Below the pieces are notes generated by a model. The model was not told where the DNA came from and searched no databases. It saw only the letters and a program-made list of their open reading frames with translations. A DNA stretch of 64,000 nucleotides from NCBI GenBank assembly GCA_000165345.1, contig CM000431.1, forward strand, positions 768,001 through 832,000, in the 5' to 3' direction. Position numbers and translations under genes: made by a program. Of the stretch, positions 19,918-29,009 are shown in pieces; the stretch's first letter is position 1; each line of letters begins with the position of its first letter.

Positions 19918-22275
19918 ATGAGGGAATCTATTAACTCAGTTCACAGCGAACTATTTCCTAAAACTAAATTGGGTGCTGAATTTTTACCTCTAAATAAAAA
20001 AGAAAATATTCCAGGAAAAAAAGTTGAGAGTATAAAAAAAGATAACTCTGAAAAAAAAATCAGCGATACTAAAGAAAATGAAGAAATAAATGAAAAAATG
20101 ACTAAAGAAAAAAAGCCTAGCAAAAAACAAGTTCAATATTCTTCATCTGATTCTTCCTCAAATCCATCACCTAGAATTAAGAAAAATTCAAGCGAAATAG
20201 CATCCGACGAATCGGCTTCTATCTATACAGATTCTTCGAATAAAATTGGAAAAAAAATAAATGCAAAGCAATTTTCCAGAAATAAACATGAAATAAAGAA
20301 TGAAGTACACAACATCGGAAAAAAAGTTTCAGAAAGCAAAAAGCTTAAAGTTTCGGAAAATGTCCCTGATGACTTAAGAGCGCAATTTGAATTAGCAGTC
20401 AATAAAGTAAGGGCTTATATAGAAAAAGAATACATAGATCGTATGTGTGAAATCGATAGCGAAAATGCGATTAAATTACAAAGAGAATTAAATAAAATTT
20501 TGCAATCAGAAAGAGATGCATTGGAAAGAGAAAAGTTTAATTTTGAAAAAAGGTTAAGGGAAGAAATGGAAAGAGAAATGCATGCAACTATCGAAATTGC
20601 CGCCGTTGAAAATAAGAAGAAAGCTGATGTTTCACTTGCAGAAATAAGAAAGGATATTGAATCACACTATATTGCAAGGCAAAAAGAGGTTGAGCAAGAG
20701 CTATCAAAGAAGAAAGAATTACTAGAGGAAGAATATTTACGTAAGAGTTCAGAGCTTTCAGATATTATTTCAAAAAGAAAAGCAGAATTAGAAGAGGAGT
20801 ATAATGGCAAGAAAAGTGAATACTTAGAAGGGATTTCAAGAAGAAAGAAGGAGTTGGAAGAAGATTTTGAAGAAAGAAAAAAGTCATTAGAATCCACATT
20901 TAATGAAAGAGCTAGTGCATTAGAGTCCATATATAATGAAAGAATGAATGCATTAGAAAACCAATATGAAGAAAATTTGAAAATAAAACTAGAGGCTGAA
21001 GTAGCCAAAAGCCAAGCAAAACAACAAACTAGCATTATTGAGAAAGAAAAGGAGTTTATTCAAGGAAAGATTTTAGTAGAGTCATTAAAAGAACAATTAG
21101 AAAAAATGACAATTCAAAAGAATGAATTAGAAAATATGAGTTCTAGTACAATCAGTAATATGAAAAATTATATGAAAGAGTTGCAAGATTCTAGTGAGAT
21201 ACAAAAGTCTCAGATAGGAACATTAGAAAAAACAGTTAAAGCTCTATATGTTAAAGAACAAGAGACTATGGAACTTGTTAATCAAGCAAATGAAAAAATT
21301 TCAAATATGATGGATTTGAAAGAAGCAAAAAAGATTGCATATAATTCACTATTAAAAGGTATGGCAGTACAATTACTTGATGAGACTCTGAGAGTGCACT
21401 ATAAACAAAATTATTTGAAAAAAGGATTTGAAATTTTGAAAAAACAAATAAGTAGACCAAAGATTGTTTCAACAAACGAAGATGGGAAAGGATTAAAGGG
21501 AAATGATTTAACTTTATTCTTATTAAGAAAAGAACAGCTTTCACTTTTTGCAGAAAATGAAAACTTAATGAGCCAAGTAGAGGATTTAAGAGTCAAACAT
21601 TTAGAAGAACTTAAAAAGACACAAGAGTCTTTTATGATGTATAAAAAAGATTTAGAGAGAGACTCAAATACAGAGACAAATGTTGCATTGTATGAAACAT
21701 CTATGCTACACTTTGCATATATAATCAATACAAAAATTAGGTTACAAATGGTTGATGCATTCTGGAGAATACAAACACGACCCAGCAAAAGAAATCTTGT
21801 TGAAACAGAGGAGGTAAAGAGGGAAGGTTTAACAAAACCTATGGATCTCAATAGTAGGGACAAGCTATTTGGAAATTTTTTGAGTTCATTATACAGAATT
21901 TCTAGAATAAAGTTGATTTCATTTACTTGGAGAAAAATAGTTCTAAATGCAAAGCTCTCATCGTTCAAAACATTACCTACTGTACCTTTCAAAGATATGA
22001 ATAATAATAGAGGTTTAAATATCGACTCTTTCCATTTAAGGGACTTTATTAACAGTATGGGGAAGGATGGTGTAATGAACTTCGCGCATCAGCCCAACTA
22101 TTATAATAAACTACCATCTGTTATAAATGTACAAAATAAGGCAGTATTCGTCCCTCTAAGAAGAGATAATCCAATAACATATGGAACCTACTTCCAATAT
22201 AATAAGGAAATATTATCCGAAAGCTGCGTTACAGGCAAACCTATGGGTAGTTACGCAAACACTGATTTTAATTAG
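19918..22275 (+). CDS. Coiled-coil protein (785 aa) with four tandem ~22-aa E/K-rich repeats
   Basis: K/E/S-rich N-terminus. Residues about 260-350 form repeated units KKKELLEEEYLRKSSELSDIIS / KRKAELEEEYNGKKSEYLEGIS / RRKKELEEDFEERKKSLESTFN / ERASALESIYNERMNALENQYE. The rest shows a heptad-like pattern. Confidence 0.6.
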   Translation: MRESINSVHSELFPKTKLGAEFLPLNKKENIPGKKVESIKKDNSEKKISDTKENEEINEKMTKEKKPSKKQVQYSSSDSSSNPSPRIKKNSSEIASDESASIYTDSSNKIGKKINAKQFSRNKHEIKNEVHNIGKKVSESKKLKVSENVPDDLRAQFELAVNKVRAYIEKEYIDRMCEIDSENAIKLQRELNKILQSERDALEREKFNFEKRLREEMEREMHATIEIAAVENKKKADVSLAEIRKDIESHYIARQKEVEQELSKKKELLEEEYLRKSSELSDIISKRKAELEEEYNGKKSEYLEGISRRKKELEEDFEERKKSLESTFNERASALESIYNERMNALENQYEENLKIKLEAEVAKSQAKQQTSIIEKEKEFIQGKILVESLKEQLEKMTIQKNELENMSSSTISNMKNYMKELQDSSEIQKSQIGTLEKTVKALYVKEQETMELVNQANEKISNMMDLKEAKKIAYNSLLKGMAVQLLDETLRVHYKQNYLKKGFEILKKQISRPKIVSTNEDGKGLKGNDLTLFLLRKEQLSLFAENENLMSQVEDLRVKHLEELKKTQESFMMYKKDLERDSNTETNVALYETSMLHFAYIINTKIRLQMVDAFWRIQTRPSKRNLVETEEVKREGLTKPMDLNSRDKLFGNFLSSLYRISRIKLISFTWRKIVLNAKLSSFKTLPTVPFKDMNNNRGLNIDSFHLRDFINSMGKDGVMNFAHQPNYYNKLPSVINVQNKAVFVPLRRDNPITYGTYFQYNKEILSESCVTGKPMGSYANTDFN

Positions 22276-22378
22276 AAACATAAATAAGTTATAAATTATT
22301 TAAATAGATTTTTAAAGATAAGTATATAAATTCATTTGAATATTATAGTTATTTCTTATTAATAACTTAGTAATAATA

Positions 22379-23035
22379 TTAGTTTGAAGAACAACCATTT
22401 GAAAAGCAATTTCCTCCTCCTCTTCTATCTGATCTAAACAATTGAAACCCTCCAGTTTTACCATTATTTTCTGTGCTCATACTGTTAGAGTCCAGCTTTT
22501 TGGTGTTTGGAAGCTTTCTTGCAATCTCCTCAAATAGTTCTTGGACATTATATCCAGTTTTTGCTGATGTTTCGAAGCTCAGTATTCCTTTTTCCTTAGC
22601 GTAGTTACGTGCTGTTTCAGAGTCCACAGTTCGACTACTTTCTAAGTCATACTTATTCCCAACTAAAGCAACAACAATATCATTGTTATTTATATTCTGT
22701 AGTTCTGATATCCATGACTTAGCCCCTTGAAACGTTTCTACATTTGTAATGTCGTAAACCACAATTGCTGCCGCAGCTCCTCTATAATACATGGGTGCAA
22801 GACTTCTGTATCTTTCTTGCCCTGCTGTATCCCAAATTTCGAACTTAACAGTATAATCATCATCAACATTTACCGATTGAGTCATAAAGGCAGCACCGAT
22901 TGTTGGTTCCTGATACTCATGGAATTCATCCTTTGAGAACCTAACTACTAAACATGATTTTCCAACTGAAGCATCCCCCAACAAGACCAATTTCAGATGC
23001 AATGTTTTTGGAGTTTTTATTGCTGTCTGAGACAT
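22379..23035 (-). CDS. RAB5: Rab5-family small GTPase
   Basis: G-boxes [27 protein letters not shown] and ETSAK; overall Rab5/Ypt51-like. The cysteine-containing C-terminus is ...[10 protein letters not shown]. Confidence 0.85.
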   Translation of the reverse strand: MSQTAIKTPKTLHLKLVLLGDASVGKSCLVVRFSKDEFHEYQEPTIGAAFMTQSVNVDDDYTVKFEIWDTAGQERYRSLAPMYYRGAAAAIVVYDITNVETFQGAKSWISELQNINNNDIVVALVGNKYDLESSRTVDSETARNYAKEKGILSFETSAKTGYNVQELFEEIARKLPNTKKLDSNSMSTENNGKTGGFQLFRSDRRGGGNCFSNGCSSN

Positions 23036-23533
23036 TATTTAAATTTATATTAATGATCTGTCTTATTTCTCAACTGTGCATGACAAGAGTAGTAAAATAG
23101 TTTTTATATATAGACGAAAGCTACACTAAATTAAAGTGTAATCTTGAAGCTTTTTTAATTAACAAGATGATTCGCCGTCTTATGTTATTTTCCCATACAA
23201 ATGATCATAAATAAATTTTTAATTAATTAGGCATAATATCCTCACACCCCGCAACAAAGTTGAATGTCTATTACATTATCTAAATAAGAGAGAATTGATT
23301 TCACTTAAACGAGAAAAAGAGGACAATGAAAAAATATATTACTTTATCTTTGAAATTGTTTAGGATCTACCTATCATAATTGCAGTAATAAAAATCTATT
23401 TTTAATTTTCCTTTTCATTTTGAATTTTAGCGAGTAAAAAAATTAGCCAATAAAAAAATTTGAATTTATTAAATCTGTGGGCTAACTTGTCTTTGCAAGA
23501 AATTAGAAATCTAAAAAAATGTTAATAAACAAT

Positions 23534-24469
23534 TTAATTCACTTTATTTGAACTTACCCAATTGTACGATCTAGGAATAAAACCTGGAATGTAGTTGGAA
23601 TATGATTTCATAAAACCATTGATTTGAGAATTAGCAACTCTAAATGCATATTGAACAAAAGGATCAATAGGATATTTCAATCTTATCAAACTCCAGTATA
23701 TGGAAATATAAACTATACTGATTCTTCTTGTAAGCACTGCAAAGAAAATATAAATTCCCACTACAAATACTTCAAAATATGCTTTTCTTTGATACAATTT
23801 GTTTTTGTTTTTGTTAGCGAGGTCGAAAATATTAATTATTTGAATATTGTTTACAATAGGTTGGTATTTTGATACAATGAATAATGAAGTAATTGCAGGA
23901 ATGAAAAATATCATAGGAAATGAATAGATTAGACCAAAATATGCAACAACCGAAATTAGTGAGTGGAATGATTCTTCAATAAGGATCTTTTGCCAAAAGT
24001 CAATGGAAAGCAATTTAATAGGTTTAATTGAAATATCATATAAGTGTGATCCAAGACCCAGAATGTAAAATAAAGAGCTTATTCGTACAAGTAAATACGT
24101 AAATTTAGATCCACGAATGATTGGAAGGAAATTCAAAATTGGAATTATTGATGAAATCAAAAGTGAAATAGAAAGTGATAATATCATCCATTGTTTGTAT
24201 CCTGTGGAAAGTAATAGTTTTGATTCATTACTTTTGGCTTGGGAATTAAAGCTCGAGAATTTACTCTCTTCTTGATATTTATTATAGTTATGTTCTTTAA
24301 GTTGTATCTCAAGATTAGGGTTCACATTCTTTTTAAACCATTTCCTTTTAAAAGTGGTTAGTTGAGATGCAGATGGCGTCGGGTAAAGATTATTATAATA
24401 TTGCTGCCATAATGTGCTCTTTGACCAATCATATTCCAAAAACTCCTTCTGTGCTTCTTCAGGAGTCAT
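23534..24469 (-). CDS. TMEM33/Pom33/Tts1-family multi-pass membrane protein
   Basis: Several hydrophobic helices. The C-terminal segment IYWSLIRLKYPIDPFVQYAFRVANSQ resembles the TMEM33 motif IYYRFLTLRYSSRRNPYCRTLFNELR. An alternative last exon is possible (see findings). Confidence 0.55.
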   Translation of the reverse strand: MTPEEAQKEFLEYDWSKSTLWQQYYNNLYPTPSASQLTTFKRKWFKKNVNPNLEIQLKEHNYNKYQEESKFSSFNSQAKSNESKLLLSTGYKQWMILSLSISLLISSIIPILNFLPIIRGSKFTYLLVRISSLFYILGLGSHLYDISIKPIKLLSIDFWQKILIEESFHSLISVVAYFGLIYSFPMIFFIPAITSLFIVSKYQPIVNNIQIINIFDLANKNKNKLYQRKAYFEVFVVGIYIFFAVLTRRISIVYISIYWSLIRLKYPIDPFVQYAFRVANSQINGFMKSYSNYIPGFIPRSYNWVSSNKVN

Positions 24470-24699
24470 ATTTTAACTTTAGTGTAGAATGATATAGAGA
24501 TTTAATTAATTAATCAGACTAATTAGTGATGAATAATTTCATTAATTAATTGGCAATTTAAAAAAAAAAAAAGCTCACTGATCAAAAAAAAACCGCTTAC
24601 AAATTTTTATCGTGTCTAATTAACTGCAAAAGAGAAATATCGTGCTTATTCGTGGAAAATTAATAATTTGGATTAAATAATACTATTATTATAGTATGT

Positions 24700-25833
24700 T
24701 TAAACGAGCTTCTCCATTTCCATTCTAACTTCATGGAAGCAAGAAACAATTGCAGCCAGTTGTATGCTTTCGCTAGCCCCCCTTGAAAGCCTGTACTCGA
24801 TATCTGCAAGGCGCCTCATAAGTAACGGAACAACTTCATCAGGCCAATTTGCTTCCATTGACTTGCTGTAAAGACCATTTACGAAATCTTGGGTAGAATA
24901 TCCGTTCTCATTCTGGGAATTTTGAAGTGCACTAAAGCCACTTGAAAAACTCTCTCTTGAGAGAATTCCAAATATATAATCCAATTCACTCTTTGTGGGT
25001 ATCCCAAGAATTCTGTGAATCATTTCTTCATTAATATATGTGATAAGTCCTTCAATAGATGCCCCATTTAGTTCTCCAGAATCTTTATGTTTTTCAATGT
25101 TTCCGTAATTACTCATGCTGCACGACTGCAATACATTTAAAACTTTCCTCATGTCTCCCCTTGAAGACTTTATGAGCGACTCTTGACCTTCTCGAGTTAT
25201 AAAAATCCTCTCTGACAGAGCAATTTCTGATATTCGATTCCTAATATCCTCAATAGGAAGTGGGGAAAATCTAAACCGTGTGCATCTACTTTGCAATGCA
25301 GGAGTTATTTTATTAACATAGTTGCAAATGATGCAAAATCTAACGTGTTCGGAATAACGCTCCATTATTCTTCTTAGTGCCATTTGAGCTGTGCTTGTCA
25401 TCATATCTGCCTCATCTAGAATAATTAACTTAATATTCTCACACAAGCTTTTATTACAGTCTAAATTTCTTGTGCTTACATCAGACATTTCTATATCTTC
25501 AATATTTGAATTTGTTCCACCTGAGTGATTTAATGTCGTTGATGCACTTTCTGAAAAACTTTTGATTGCATCCCTTACAACATTTATGCCACGGTCGTCT
25601 GATGCGTTGAGTTCCAACACCATCTGATACTTTCTATCTTTGTAAATACATTTGCTAATTGCATGTATAGTTGAAGTCTTTCCAGTTCCAGGAGGTCCAT
25701 GGAATAAAAGATGTGGAAGCTGGCCAGAACTAATAAATTTTTCGATAGTGTTAATTATATCTTTGTGCGACAGCAAGTCCTGTAGTCCTGAAGGCCTATA
25801 CTTTTCAACCCACGGTAATTGAGCTTCCTCCAT
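24700..25833 (-). CDS. RFC3: Replication factor C small subunit (RFC3/RFC5-type AAA+ clamp loader)
   Basis: LPWVEKYRP, Walker A GPPGTGKTS, LELNASDDRGI, Walker B ILDEADMMT, sensor CNYVNKITPALQSRCTRFRF and GDMRKVLNVLQS. There is a low-complexity insert between Walker A and Walker B. Confidence 0.9.
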   Translation of the reverse strand: MEEAQLPWVEKYRPSGLQDLLSHKDIINTIEKFISSGQLPHLLFHGPPGTGKTSTIHAISKCIYKDRKYQMVLELNASDDRGINVVRDAIKSFSESASTTLNHSGGTNSNIEDIEMSDVSTRNLDCNKSLCENIKLIILDEADMMTSTAQMALRRIMERYSEHVRFCIICNYVNKITPALQSRCTRFRFSPLPIEDIRNRISEIALSERIFITREGQESLIKSSRGDMRKVLNVLQSCSMSNYGNIEKHKDSGELNGASIEGLITYINEEMIHRILGIPTKSELDYIFGILSRESFSSGFSALQNSQNENGYSTQDFVNGLYSKSMEANWPDEVVPLLMRRLADIEYRLSRGASESIQLAAIVSCFHEVRMEMEKLV

Positions 25834-26171
25834 TTTGAAAGTGAACCTCAGTTATTGCAATAGAAATTCGAAGAATAGAGACAATTTTTATCTATTTAAT
25901 AGTAATTTGTTTTCAAACAAGGGCAACTTTATATTCCTACTGACAAATAATAAAGTTAGTACCGCTCATAAAATTTAACGAGGGAAATAATCATATTTTT
26001 AACTACAAAATTCGTTTGTAGCTTAAAAAAATATAATAGATTAAAGGAAATGTATGAAATAAATTAGTAAATTCAAGTTTTAAGTTCATAGGCAAATTTT
26101 TTTTTATTTAGGTGTTACTTTGCATTTATTTTATTGTTAAGCATATGCAATATAGTTCATAAAATAATTTG

Positions 26172-26186
26172 GAAGTGGCGCGCATG
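26172..26186. promoter_or_regulatory. GC-rich E2F-like box (GTGGCGCGCATG) in the divergent RFC3 / kinase-like intergenic region, about 340 bp upstream of the RFC3 ATG
   Basis: GGCGCGC stands out in otherwise roughly 25%-GC intergenic DNA. The E2F consensus is TTTSSCGC and RFC is a classical E2F target. Confidence 0.4.
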
Positions 26187-26566
26187 TGTGTTAATGTGTG
26201 TAATAGTCAGTCTACAACTTTAAGACATGTGATTAATTGAAAAAGAGGAGGTGTGATAATATTAATAAAGTGTAGGTCTATTTTAAGAACCTTTCATGGA
26301 TCTTCCTAACTTATAATCGTAAAGTAATTAGTGGATTGTATTAATTGGGGCAAATTAAGTTAATTCAGGTAATGAGTAGGAAGGGGAATAAGGTCGGAAA
26401 GGAATAAGGAAAGATATTTATTAATTTGGAAGGCATTTGATTCAATACAATTACTTATATTGCAAGCTTTATTTGGCTATAAATTTACAGAAGATCAAAG
26501 ATTCCTTTAAGATTAGTTACTAGTCCAACCAGATTTTTAGTAATAGTTAAAGACATATTTCAATTA

Positions 26567-28687
26567 TTGATTATATATCAAAATAATATAGCTATTATCG
26601 ATCAATTATTGCGTTATAACGCGCATATAGTACTGAATACAAGATCTGCTTACAGAATAATGCATGAAGAACTAAGAATTAGAAACGGCTCTTTAAATGA
26701 ACAAAGGGTAGCGAATATAAATAAAAAAGGGAATTCTGTGTTTTTCACACAGGAGTGCAGTTGTAATAATAGCGAAAATTGTTTTGCTCTGGCTTCTCCT
26801 CATGCGTCTTTTACTTCTATGGCATCATTTGCCCTGTCATCCTCTACTTCAAATTCAATTCAACCTATTGGAAATACTTCTCCTCACAAATGCGAGCAGA
26901 GATGTAATGCTGGAAATGAACATTTGAAAAAACATTGTTGCATTCCATCAACTTCTTTATCATCAACTTCAGTTTCTCTTGGTGAAACTTCTAAGTTAGC
27001 AATTAGTTCCGGAACGAGTAATGGCAAATATAGCATAATAAATAAGCAGATAAACTGCAATATCAGTACAATAATTAATAATAATTTGACAGGTAAACCC
27101 GAAAAAAATGCGCAGAATACGACTCTAAAAGTGGAAAATGGGAGGTATACAAGTAATACTGTTTCAAATTCAAATAAGTCCCATACTAATGGTGTTTGTT
27201 ATTCAAATATTAATGCATTTTCACAAGAAGAAAACGATAAACTCGTAATGCAACAAAGCAGAGATATAGACATAAGTAATGTAAATACCCTGAACCATCC
27301 TAAAGTTACAACTTATGAATGCGAAAATACTTATTCCAGATGTTCTTCAGGTATGTTAAATGGAAATGAGAAAGATATCGTTAATTCATCAAATACAAAC
27401 CCAAATCCTACAACAAATTCATTCTCTGCAATCTCAAAAATCTCAAAGCCTTCAATTTTAGGAAGCAAAGGCCAAATGGTCTCAAAAAATTACTCATTAG
27501 TATACAAACGTTTATATGATTGTCTCGGCCCAGTGATGTTTCCCATAGCTCCATTAAAGGGAATTAAACATCCAAGAGGTGAATTAAAGCTATGGCCAAC
27601 TAGTTACGATAGAGTAATTTCACAGAATTCATCAAAGAGGAAAGTTCACAGATCTTTATGGATTCCTCCAAAAAGCTATGAACACGCATATGTAAATGAT
27701 TTAAATGGCACAGAGACCATTTCTGCATATCCGATGGCATTGAAGTTTGTTGAGGATGGAAATGCGCGCGATGGAAGAAGCATTAAGAGAGAAATAGAGT
27801 GCCACTTATATATATATCAGAGGCTATCACAGCTTCAACAAGATCAGGGCTACGACAACTTGGAGGATGCATGGCCATGCGCAGAGTTAATCGGATATTA
27901 TTTAGATAAGAAGAACCCTGGAAATTCTGTATTAGTAACTAGAAAGCTTTCAGGGCCAGATTTTTTTGACATCATAAGATCTGAACACTCGTCTTCTGCC
28001 AATTCAGTGTATAGCAAGTGCCAAGCTCTTTACGAATATAATAAACTTCAGTGGTGCACACTAGCATTAACAAGAATTGCGCAATATTCAGCACTTGGTA
28101 TTAGGCATAACGATATTAAACCTGACAATATAGTATTGGATTTTTATTACAATAGCACAAATAACGAAAGGCATTTAGACGTTAAAATTATTGATTTAGG
28201 CACTGCCTCCATGCATAGCGCTAAGGATTTCACAGGAGGTACCTCATGGTATGAGAGCCCTGAGCAGAAAATGCTAGAGTACTATACAAAAAAAAGTAGA
28301 GATTTGAAATCAGCAAAGACAGTTGAAATTGGACTTTCTTCTGATTCATGGGGTGCAGGAATTTCAATAGCAGAAGTTTTAATGGGCAGAAGAGTTGTGG
28401 ATAGTATGAAAAGCCCATATGGCCCAGGCCCATTGGAATTTAAAGGAAAAGATGGGTGGCTAATAGAACCTCAAGAGTGGATTGAGTTTGCCAAAATGGC
28501 ATTGGGATTTGATAATTCAAACTGTCCATACAAATATAAAATATGTGAAGAGGCTGCAAAATATGTATTCAATATGCTTGTACAAGTTAATTCAAATAAA
28601 AGAGCTAATATTAAAGATGTAATACAAAAAATGGACTACTTTACTCAAAAGGCATACCAGGCTGTTAAGCAAAAACATCAAACGTGA
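26567..28687 (+). CDS. Atypical protein-kinase-like protein with a long S/N-rich N-terminal region and a C-terminal kinase fold lacking a glycine loop. The track start is a TTG; the likely real ATG is near 26660.
   Basis: Catalytic-loop-like HNDIKPDN, DLG in place of DFG (VKIIDLGTAS), APE-like SPEQ, and a downstream SDSWGAGISIAEVL (subdomain IX-like). No GxGxxG motif is recognisable upstream of the ALKF lysine. Confidence 0.6.
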   Translation: MIIYQNNIAIIDQLLRYNAHIVLNTRSAYRIMHEELRIRNGSLNEQRVANINKKGNSVFFTQECSCNNSENCFALASPHASFTSMASFALSSSTSNSIQPIGNTSPHKCEQRCNAGNEHLKKHCCIPSTSLSSTSVSLGETSKLAISSGTSNGKYSIINKQINCNISTIINNNLTGKPEKNAQNTTLKVENGRYTSNTVSNSNKSHTNGVCYSNINAFSQEENDKLVMQQSRDIDISNVNTLNHPKVTTYECENTYSRCSSGMLNGNEKDIVNSSNTNPNPTTNSFSAISKISKPSILGSKGQMVSKNYSLVYKRLYDCLGPVMFPIAPLKGIKHPRGELKLWPTSYDRVISQNSSKRKVHRSLWIPPKSYEHAYVNDLNGTETISAYPMALKFVEDGNARDGRSIKREIECHLYIYQRLSQLQQDQGYDNLEDAWPCAELIGYYLDKKNPGNSVLVTRKLSGPDFFDIIRSEHSSSANSVYSKCQALYEYNKLQWCTLALTRIAQYSALGIRHNDIKPDNIVLDFYYNSTNNERHLDVKIIDLGTASMHSAKDFTGGTSWYESPEQKMLEYYTKKSRDLKSAKTVEIGLSSDSWGAGISIAEVLMGRRVVDSMKSPYGPGPLEFKGKDGWLIEPQEWIEFAKMALGFDNSNCPYKYKICEEAAKYVFNMLVQVNSNKRANIKDVIQKMDYFTQKAYQAVKQKHQT

Positions 28688-29009
28688 TAGATAGTCACAG
28701 TTATATATACTTACCTACAAATTATATGAGCAGATAGCAAAGATGAAATCCAAAAAAATTAATGTATTTTAGGAAAAAAAAAATTTGGACAATTTTTTTA
28801 CTTAACAAATTAAAAAGTGGCCAAATTAATACAGCTTTTAGCAATCATTTTCTGCTAAGCATATTTCCACGATTAACAGGTTTTGTTTTTAATTAGATTA
28901 ATCAGATTTTATCTTAAATGGATGTTTTTGACTTTAACATAATGAATATATATGATTGTAAAAGTAATGTTTAGACACCAAAATGTAGTTATAGGTATAT
29001 TTTAACATT

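Noticed and set aside
20667-21992. Antisense ORFs of 88-193 aa (20667..21035, 21278..21544, 21411..21992) opposite the coiled-coil gene
   Set aside because: The repetitive GAA/AAG-rich sense sequence yields long antisense open frames (S/F/L-rich). There are no motifs, and they fully overlap a stronger sense ORF.
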